NCBI GenBank assembly: GCA_007131555.1
Contig: SLQH01000477.1
Coordinates: forward strand, 1-30,626
Reading direction: 5' to 3'
DNA length: 30,626 nucleotides
Source of the DNA: Planctomycetota bacterium
Lineage (GTDB): Bacteria > Planctomycetota > UBA11346
Every line of letters begins with the position of its first letter. Position 1 is the stretch's first letter. Below the pieces are notes generated by a model. It was not told where the DNA came from and ran no database searches. It saw only the letters and a program-made list of their open reading frames with translations. Position numbers and translations under genes: made by a program. Below, one piece after another: positions 7,511 through 14,012 of this stretch.

Positions 7511-8398
7511 TCAGCCCTGGTCCCGCACGGTCAGCAGACGCAGGGGCTGGTCGGCGGCGACGAAGCGGGCGGCGCAGCCGGGGGGGATCGGTCGTTGGAG
7601 GTGGGCGCCGTCGAGATAGCAGCAGATGCCGGGGATGGTGGGGGTCAGTTGCAGCTGCTGGGGTGGTGCCTGGCAACCGCTGGTGCGGGTGAAGCGGCGA
7701 TGGCCGAAGAAGGGTTCGCGCACCAGGTAGAGCAGGACCGGGCCCGGCGGGGGCGGAGCGGCACCGGCCGAGGCGATGGCGCCGCTGGCCCCAGTGGCGG
7801 TGCTGATCCAGACGCCAGACGCGGCCTGGACCTCCTCGCCCTGGGCGTCATGCAGACGGTAGCGGGTCATGGCGGCGGGGTTGGCATTGGTGAACAGGGC
7901 GTCGTTGAGGATCAGGTCGCCAGCCCCGTTGCGCATCCGGCCGCTGCCCAGATCGACGATGTGCAGGCGCAGGCGATGGCAGCGTTCCTCGGCCGCCCGG
8001 CCGGCCAGCCAGTCCTCGACCAGGGCGGCCACGGTCTCGGCCCGGATGCGGGTGTAGTGACCGACGCTGCGGTGGGGGTCGGAGTTGACGCTGATCACCG
8101 GGGTGTCGTTGAGCAGGGCATGGCAGGCCAACACGGTGCCGTCACCGCCCACGGTGACGATCAGGTCGGCCTCGGCGGCGGCCTGGGCATCAAGGACATC
8201 GACCTGACGCTCATCGACCCGGCAGTGATGCAGTTGCTGGTGGACGATGCCCAGGCAGCGATGGTGGGCGGCGTGGGCCTCTTCCAGTTGGCGGCGGTCC
8301 TGGGCCCCGATCGCGTCCAGGCAGGCGACCTCGTCGGCCGACCAGCGTTCCAGGGCGGTGCGCTTGCTGACCACCAGGACCCGCGGCCCGGACATCAT
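7511..8398 (-). CDS. NAD(H) kinase family protein, divergent subtype
   Basis: Motifs VTVGGDGT, VNSDPHRSVG, LILNDALF and ASGVWISTATG. ATGA overlap with dxr. Confidence 0.8.
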   Translation of the reverse strand: MMSGPRVLVVSKRTALERWSADEVACLDAIGAQDRRQLEEAHAAHHRCLGIVHQQLHHCRVDERQVDVLDAQAAAEADLIVTVGGDGTVLACHALLNDTPVISVNSDPHRSVGHYTRIRAETVAALVEDWLAGRAAEERCHRLRLHIVDLGSGRMRNGAGDLILNDALFTNANPAAMTRYRLHDAQGEEVQAASGVWISTATGASGAIASAGAAPPPPGPVLLYLVREPFFGHRRFTRTSGCQAPPQQLQLTPTIPGICCYLDGAHLQRPIPPGCAARFVAADQPLRLLTVRDQG

Positions 8399-9549
8399 CC
8401 ACCTCCCTGGTCGACGGCATGTCGTTGGCGGACCTCGGTATCGGCGGCGATGATGGTGGCCAGATCCGGGTCGCAGATGTTCGGGGCCCTGCTCACAGCC
8501 GCTTCCAAGGCGGTGAAGATGCCGGTGAAGGGGATGCGGCCGGCCAGGAAGTCGGCCACCGCCAGTTCGTTGGCGGCATTGAGGATGGTCGGGGCCACCC
8601 CGCCCTGGCGCAGGGCGGCGCGGCCGAGGTCGATGGTCGGAAAGCGGTCGAGATCCGGGGCGGTGAAGGTCAACTGGGCCAGACGGGCCAGATCGGGGGC
8701 GGCCACCGGGCCGGGCAGATGGCGCGGCCAGGTCAGGGCCAGCTGGATCGGGGTGCGCATGTCCGGCAGGCCGAGCTGGGCCAGCAGGGAGCCGTCGCGA
8801 AAGGCCACCAGGCTGTGGACGATGGACTGGGGATGGATGAGGATTTCGATGCGCTCGGCCGGGACATCGAACAGCCAATGGGCCTCGATCAGCTCCAGGG
8901 CCTTGTTCATCAGGGTGGCCGAGTCGATGGTGATCTTGGGGCCCATGTTCCAGGTGGGATGGGCCAGGGCCTCATCAGGGCTGACCGTCTCCAGGTCGGG
9001 GCGCTGCCGCAGAGGCCCGCCGCTGCCGGTGATGATCAGGCGTTCGACATCCGCCGGATCATGGCCGGCCAGGCACTGGAAGATGGCCGAGTGCTCGCTG
9101 TCGATGGGCAGCAGGCTGGCTCCGCTGGCCGCTGCGGCCCGGCGGATGAGGGCCCCGGCCATGACCAGCGGCTCCTTGTTGGCGATGCCCAGACGCTTGC
9201 CGGCAGCCACCGCCGCCAGGGTCGCCTGCAGGCCGGCGGCTCCGACGATGGCGGTGATGACGGTGGTCACGGCTGGCGCGGCGGCGACCTCTTCCAGGGC
9301 CTGGGGGCCGGCGGCCGTGGCGATGCCGCTCCCGGCCAAAGCCTGGCGCAGATCCTCATGGCCGGCCGGATCGGCGATCACGGCCACCTGGGGGTGATGG
9401 CGGCGGGCCAGCTCGGCCAGGGTGTCGACCTGTCGCCAAGCAGTGATGGCGTGGATGCGGCAGCCCAGATCCTCGGCCACGGCCAGGGTGTTGCGGCCGA
9501 TGCTGCCGGTCGCGCCCAGGATGGTCAGGCATTGCCCGGACGGGGTCAT
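8395..9549 (-). CDS. dxr: 1-deoxy-D-xylulose-5-phosphate reductoisomerase
   Basis: Motifs LGATGSIG, ANKE, PIDSEH, HPTWNMGPKITIDSATLMNKALE and NAANE. Start moved to ATG 9549 (ATGA overlap with hisC). Confidence 0.97.
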   Translation of the reverse strand: MTPSGQCLTILGATGSIGRNTLAVAEDLGCRIHAITAWRQVDTLAELARRHHPQVAVIADPAGHEDLRQALAGSGIATAAGPQALEEVAAAPAVTTVITAIVGAAGLQATLAAVAAGKRLGIANKEPLVMAGALIRRAAAASGASLLPIDSEHSAIFQCLAGHDPADVERLIITGSGGPLRQRPDLETVSPDEALAHPTWNMGPKITIDSATLMNKALELIEAHWLFDVPAERIEILIHPQSIVHSLVAFRDGSLLAQLGLPDMRTPIQLALTWPRHLPGPVAAPDLARLAQLTFTAPDLDRFPTIDLGRAALRQGGVAPTILNAANELAVADFLAGRIPFTGIFTALEAAVSRAPNICDPDLATIIAADTEVRQRHAVDQGGG

Positions 9550-10616
9550 GCCAGGGCTCGCAGGGCGGCCAGCAGACGGCAGTTCTCCTGCGGGGTGCCG
9601 GTGTTGATGCGCAGGTCGTGGCGCAGCTGCGGGGTATCCCACCAGCGGACCAGCAGGCCGCGCTGGGCCACGGCGCGCATGATCTCGCCGGCCCGGGTCC
9701 CGACCCGGCACAGTAGGAAGTTGGCCGCCGAGGGGGGCCAGGTCCAGCCCAGGGCCTTGACGCCCTCCTCAAGCTGACGCCGGCCGGCCAGGGTATCAGC
9801 CACGGTACGGCGGAAGTAGGCCCGATCACGCAGGGCGGCGATGCCCATGGCCTGACTGAGGGCATTGACGTTGTAGCTGTCCTTGACCTTGTTGAACAGG
9901 CTGATCAGGTCCGGATGGGCGAACAGCAGCCCCAAGCGGGCCCCGGCCAGACCGTAGCTCTTGGAGAAGGTCCGCAGGACGATGAGGTTGGGCAGCGATT
10001 CCAGTTCCGGCAGCAGGCTGGCCCCGGCGCCGGCGAAATCGACATAGGCCTCATCGACCACCACCACCGCCTCGGTGGCGCGGGCCAGGGCAGCCAGTTG
10101 GGCGCGCGGGATCAGGGTGCCGGAGGGGTTGTTGGGATTGGCGATCAGGATCAGGCGCGGCCTGGCGGCCGTCAGGTCGGGCAGGCCCCAGTCGGCGGCG
10201 AAGGGCACGGTGACCAGCTGGGCCTCCTGGAGGGCGGCCAGGGTCTGGTAGAGGCCGTAGGTCGGATGGGGCACCACCACCCGGTCGCCGGGCCGCAGCA
10301 GGCTGCGGTAGATGATGGTCAGGCAGTCATCAGAACCGTTGCCGACCAGGATGCGGTCGGCCGCGACCCGGTAGACCCTGGCGGCGGCCCGCCGCAGGGC
10401 GCTGGCGGTCGGATCCGGATAGCGGCGCAAGGCATTGGGGTCGATGCTGGCCAGCACCTGGAAGACGCCGGGAGCCGGGGGCCAGGGCGACTCGTTGGTG
10501 TTGAACTTGATCGCCCGTGGTGACTGTTCGCCGGGCACATAGCCGGCCATGGCCTGGACCGCAGGGCGGACCAGGGCCGTGGCCGGACAGCTGGGATTGA
10601 CTGGGGCTTTGGGCAT
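9546..10616 (-). CDS. hisC: Histidinol-phosphate aminotransferase
   Basis: Motifs YVPGEQ, NTNESPW, RYPD, GNGSD, NPNNPSG, DEAYVDF and RTFSKSYGLAGARLG (PLP Lys). Confidence 0.95.
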   Translation of the reverse strand: MPKAPVNPSCPATALVRPAVQAMAGYVPGEQSPRAIKFNTNESPWPPAPGVFQVLASIDPNALRRYPDPTASALRRAAARVYRVAADRILVGNGSDDCLTIIYRSLLRPGDRVVVPHPTYGLYQTLAALQEAQLVTVPFAADWGLPDLTAARPRLILIANPNNPSGTLIPRAQLAALARATEAVVVVDEAYVDFAGAGASLLPELESLPNLIVLRTFSKSYGLAGARLGLLFAHPDLISLFNKVKDSYNVNALSQAMGIAALRDRAYFRRTVADTLAGRRQLEEGVKALGWTWPPSAANFLLCRVGTRAGEIMRAVAQRGLLVRWWDTPQLRHDLRINTGTPQENCRLLAALRALA

Positions 10617-10638
10617 GGCGGCAGCTACCTGGGCTTGT

Positions 10639-11259
10639 TCAGCCAGCGCGGATCCGGGCCAGTTCGGCGGCCGTCTCACGGGCGGCCTGTTCGATCTGCT
10701 CAGGACTGCCCGAGGCCAGATTGCCGCCCATGCCCACGGCCACCGCCCCGGCGGCGAACCAGTCCTTCATGTTGCCCAGCGACACGCCGCCGGTCGGCAT
10801 CATGTGGATGTCGGGCAGGGGGGCCTTGACGGCCTTGATGTAGTCTGGCCCCACGGCGCTGCCGGGGAAGATCTTGACCGCTGCCGCGCCAGCCGTCCAG
10901 GCCTGGACGATCTCGGTCGGGGTCAGCCCACCGGGCATCATGGGGATGCCCAGATCAAGGGCCGCCGCCAGCAGATCCGGCTCGTAATGCGGCGATACGG
11001 CAAAGCGGGCCCCGGCGGCATGGGCCTGTTCCAGCTGGGCGACACTGCGCACCGTCCCGACCCCGATGACCGCCGTATCGCCCATCTCGTCAACCATGCG
11101 GGCGATGGCCTCACAGCAGTCAGGCGTGGTATAGGTCAGCTCCAGGGCCCGCAGACCACCCGCCAGCAGGGCCCGGCAGATCTCAGCGGCATGATCAACG
11201 CCCTTGGCGCGGATCACCGCCACCACGCCGAGGTCCTTGAGGGTTTCAATGAAGTCCAT
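10639..11259 (-). CDS. eda: KDPG/KHG aldolase
   Basis: Motifs VVAVIR, LELT, GVGTV, TPTE, VKIFP and PTGGV. AAGGAG SD. Confidence 0.92.
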   Translation of the reverse strand: MDFIETLKDLGVVAVIRAKGVDHAAEICRALLAGGLRALELTYTTPDCCEAIARMVDEMGDTAVIGVGTVRSVAQLEQAHAAGARFAVSPHYEPDLLAAALDLGIPMMPGGLTPTEIVQAWTAGAAAVKIFPGSAVGPDYIKAVKAPLPDIHMMPTGGVSLGNMKDWFAAGAVAVGMGGNLASGSPEQIEQAARETAAELARIRAG

Positions 11260-11471
11260 GACTGCTCCTTCGTGTGCTGCGGGGTCAGGGGGCTGGGGAT
11301 CAAGGGGCTGACGTTCCGCCCCAAGGACACTGCCTTATCGTCCCCGCAGCTGTCAGACAAGCGGCATCCGCGCTCGTGTGCGCGGGTGGGGGGTGATGGA
11401 GGGGGCGTTTCGGCATTGCGTGTGGCTGGCACCCCAGCTCTGATAGCCAAGCGTTGGGCCTGAAATGGCCT

Positions 11472-11565
11472 CACGCAGAGACCGCAAAGAGCGCAACGGC
11501 CCTGCGGGGGGCGGCGGAATACGGGGATCAGACATGCACATGTCTGCATGCTCTTGGCGCTCTTG
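11472..11565 (+). repeat. 9-bp-periodic head (CACGCAGAG-ACCGCAAAG-AGCGCAACG) with a complementary tail, at the left island flank
   Basis: AAGAGCGC (11487-11494) pairs with GCGCTCTT (11557-11564). The palindrome 11529-11546 lies between them. Confidence 0.6.
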
Positions 11566-11748
11566 AACGAAGCAGGCGTGAGGAATCTTCTGGAATGGCC
11601 GTACACGAGCGCGCGCCCGGATCGCATAGGGAATTGGGTGACACGGCAGGGGCCACCAGGAACCCTGCAGACCCTCAAAGAGGACTCTGAGACAGCGATG
11701 CCGGAGATTGCGGTGGGAGTGTTTGCCTTTTTCCCCAACAGTTCCGGC

Positions 11749-11757
11749 TGGTATAAA
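11749..11757 (+). promoter_or_regulatory. Extended -10 element TG-G-TATAAA, 6 nt before the MNT ATG (leaderless geometry)
   Basis: Position relative to ATG 11764; no SD present. Confidence 0.5.
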
Positions 11758-11763
11758 GTGCTC

Positions 11764-12069
11764 ATGGCAGTCGATATCGTTCTAGACCGTGTGCGCCTGG
11801 CCGATCTGTGTCGGCGTTACCATGTGGCCAAGCTGGAGCTGTTTGGCTCGCGTGCCAAGGGGACTGCGGGTCCAGAGAGCGACGTGGATTTGCTGGTGAC
11901 GTTTACGGGGCGGACACCCGGTTTGGCCTTTGTGTCCATGGTCGAAGAGCTGGAAGCCATTTTCGGACGTCATGTCGATCTGCTGACGCGCGGTGATGTG
12001 GAGCGAGACGAGAATCCTATTCGTCGCCAGAGCATCCTCGGATGCACCGAGTCCCTGTATGCTGCTTAA
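11764..12069 (+). CDS. MNT minimal nucleotidyltransferase antitoxin (MntA-like)
   Basis: Exact GSX10DXD motif (GSRAKGTAGPESDVD) and GRHVDLL. About 101 aa; overlaps a HEPN gene. Confidence 0.93.
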   Translation: MAVDIVLDRVRLADLCRRYHVAKLELFGSRAKGTAGPESDVDLLVTFTGRTPGLAFVSMVEELEAIFGRHVDLLTRGDVERDENPIRRQSILGCTESLYAA

Positions 12070-12367
12070 CGCTGATGATATCGCTCGCCTTCAGGACATG
12101 GTCATTTGGTAGCGAAAGGCGATCGCCATCCTCGGCGGATTGTCATTCGATGCGCTGATATGCAACGAGGAGAAACGTCTGGCATTGGTCCGTTGCATTG
12201 AAGTTATCGGCGAAGCGGGGCAGAAGGTAGCCCCAATCGTCAAAGACGCACTGCCAACTGTCCCGTGGCCAGCCATGTACGGCATGCGTAACCGGCTGAT
12301 TCATGACTATGGCAATACCAACTACGAAGTCGTGTATGATGCGGGCAAAAACGGGGACAGGCAATAA
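12059..12367 (+). pseudogene. HEPN/DUF86 RNase toxin (HepT-like) pseudogene
   Basis: ATG 12059, in-frame TAG at 12110-12112, then CIEVIGEA, PWPAMYGMRNRLIHDY (RX4HXY). The usual last helix is missing after YEVVYD. Confidence 0.88.
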
Positions 12368-12971
12368 GTCATTCGACCCGCCGCTGTCAGAGGCCGAAGT
12401 GGCCGGCATCATCGACGGCCTGCCCCGCGCCTCGGTCTACGACCTCCGGGCGGTGTGCCTCCTGGAGTTGCTTTACGGCTGCGGCCTGCGGATCTCGGAG
12501 GCCCTGAATCTCGACCTGGACGACCTCGACCTCCACCGCCGCACCGTGCTCATCCGTGAGAGCAAGCACGACCAGACCCGTCTCGTCCCGTTGCCCAGGA
12601 CCGCCAAATCCAGCCTGCAGGCCTACCTCAGCCTTCGCAAGGCGCTGGTCATCGGTCCCGACCGAGGCGCTCTGTTCCTGACCCAACAGGGCCGACGGTG
12701 GGCCATCGGGTCGATCTACGTCATCTTCAGACGCCTCAACGACCAGGGCCTCTGCGCCGGCCGCACCCTGCATCCCCATATCTTCCGGCACTCCATCGCC
12801 GTCCACCTGCTGCGACGCGGAGCGGACATCCGCTACATCCAGCAGTTCCTGGGCCACGCCAGCCTCGACACCACCAAGATCTACCTGCGGCTGGTGCCAG
12901 GGCACCTCAAAGAGGACTACGAGGCGGCTATGCCGGAGATCGAGGTGGGGGCGGGGGCGTCGGATTGGTAG
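12336..12971 (+). pseudogene. XerC/D-like tyrosine recombinase, catalytic domain only
   Basis: Motifs YGCGLRISE (R), ESKH (K), HIFRH (HxxR), LGH and TKIY (Y) are all present. The N-terminal core-binding domain is absent and homology starts near PPLSEAEV. Confidence 0.8.
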
Positions 12972-13005
12972 TGGACGCACGAAAGATGTACGATATCATG
13001 TACAT
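12972..13005 (+). promoter_or_regulatory. yefM-yoeB promoter/operator: TGGACG-N16-TATCAT overlapped by TGTACG and TGTACA cores
   Basis: Cores at 12987-12992 and 12999-13004 are 12 bp centre to centre, the geometry known for the E. coli yefM-yoeB operator. Confidence 0.75.
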
Positions 13006-13028
13006 AACGAACAAGTAGGGGGAGAGCC

Positions 13029-13283
13029 ATGGGAGCCATCGCCGCGACCGAAGCCCGAAGGACAATTTTTGCGCTGATCGAGCGGGTTTCAGAGAACCGC
13101 GAAGCCGTGGAGATCACCTCCAAGCATGGGAATGCCGTGCTGATGAGTCTGGATGAATATGAGTCGCTGCAAGAGACAGCGCATCTGCTGCGCTCGCCTG
13201 CGAATGCCAAGAGACTCCTGGAATCCATCGGACAGGCTCGTAAGGGCAAGGGGCGGGAAAGGAATCTTGCCAAGTGCGATTGA
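13029..13283 (+). CDS. yefM: YefM/Phd family antitoxin
   Basis: Motifs VEITSKHGNAVLMSLDEYESLQETAHLLRSPANAKRLLESI; 84 aa; GGGGGAG SD. Confidence 0.95.
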   Translation: MGAIAATEARRTIFALIERVSENREAVEITSKHGNAVLMSLDEYESLQETAHLLRSPANAKRLLESIGQARKGKGRERNLAKCD

Positions 13284-13528
13284 TCTTCACGCCCCATGCG
13301 TGGCAGGAGTATCAGCAGTGGTTGCAGGAAGACCGGGCCGTCTTGAAGCGGATCAACCGGCTCATCGAAGATGCGTTGCGCGAACCATTTTCCGGCATCG
13401 GCAAGCCTGAACCACTCAAGCACATGTTGCAGGGCGCATGGTCGCGTCGCATCACCGAGGAGCACCGCCTTGTCTACTTGGTCGAAGGCGATGATCTGGT
13501 GGTGGTCCAGCTGCGCTACCACTACTGA
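13274..13528 (+). CDS. yoeB: YoeB/Txe family toxin
   Basis: Motifs FTPHAWQEY, GIGKPEPLKH, WSRRITEEHRLVY and RYHY C-terminus. Confidence 0.96.
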   Translation: MRLIFTPHAWQEYQQWLQEDRAVLKRINRLIEDALREPFSGIGKPEPLKHMLQGAWSRRITEEHRLVYLVEGDDLVVVQLRYHY

Positions 13529-13813
13529 GCGATTCACGCAGGCGGGGCGGCCATCCTCGTGGATGACCAGCCCGTCCCGACGCATAGGCTCCCGGTCATG
13601 CGAGGGATGCTGAGCAGGTTGTGCCGGGGTGCTGGCCGGATGGCGATCGCCGTCCTGCTGCTCCTTGTCGGCATGCTGACCCCGGCTCCCCCATGCCCTC
13701 AGTCCATCGCCCCAACGGGCCACGTCCTCCATGCGCGAAGTCCACAAACATCAATTCGACCCCAGTCGCCGCTTTGGCTGCATTGCACAGGTCGCTGTGT
13801 GCGCCGGGCTTTT

Positions 13814-13840
13814 CTCTGTGTGCTCTGTGCTCTTTGTGGT
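13814..13840 (-). repeat. 9-bp-periodic tail CTCTGTGTG-CTCTGTGCT-CTTTGTGGT, at the right island flank
   Basis: Reverse complement ACCACAAAG-AGCACAGAG-CACACAGAG-AAAAG has the same architecture as 2757-2814. Confidence 0.8.
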
Positions 13841-14012
13841 AAATAATCGGGCCGTCGGTTCCTGAATCATCCCTGATGTGGTCAGCGCATAGGAAGACCA
13901 GGGATGCACGGAAGTGTGCTCAGTAACCTGTATCCGACCGTGTCAAGACGTCCGGATGCTTCTTGGTGCAATTCCATCGGTCCGCGTTCCTGAAGCCGCC
14001 CTCCATCGCCCA

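Larger units (their letters stand above)
11472..13840. mobile_element. Degenerate accessory islet (MNT-HEPN, recombinase fragment, YefM-YoeB)
   Basis: Only mobile/TA genes lie between eda and the GT4 gene. Flanked by inverted 9-bp-periodic repeats, with an internal truncation junction near 12341. Confidence 0.7.

Noticed and set aside
7595-9777. Long antisense or alternative-frame ORFs (e.g. 7595-9397, 8419-9777, 15225-16565, 26334-27446)
   Set aside because: They are shadows of well-supported genes in high-GC DNA, with no motifs and biased composition.
12110-12112. Amber recoding (pyrrolysine or alternative code) in the HEPN gene
   Set aside because: TAG serves as the normal stop of other genes here (6654-6656, 14013-14015, 30440-30442), and the same gene is also truncated at its C-terminus.
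12303-12971. Integron integrase with TA cassettes
   Set aside because: It lacks the IntI-specific insertion before the HxxR box, and I found no attC-like GTTRRRY/RYYYAAC pairs around the TA genes.
13559-13846. 95-aa ORF with a signal-peptide-like stretch after yoeB
   Set aside because: No recognisable domain. Its end (FLCVLCALCGK) is just the translation of the 9-mer repeat. At most it is a gene remnant.
13868-13906. Structured RNA or SRP-like element (CATCCCTG/CAGGGATG stem with a nearby GGAA loop)
   Set aside because: Lacks the SRP domain IV internal-loop motif. Probably a simple hairpin between convergent transcription units.
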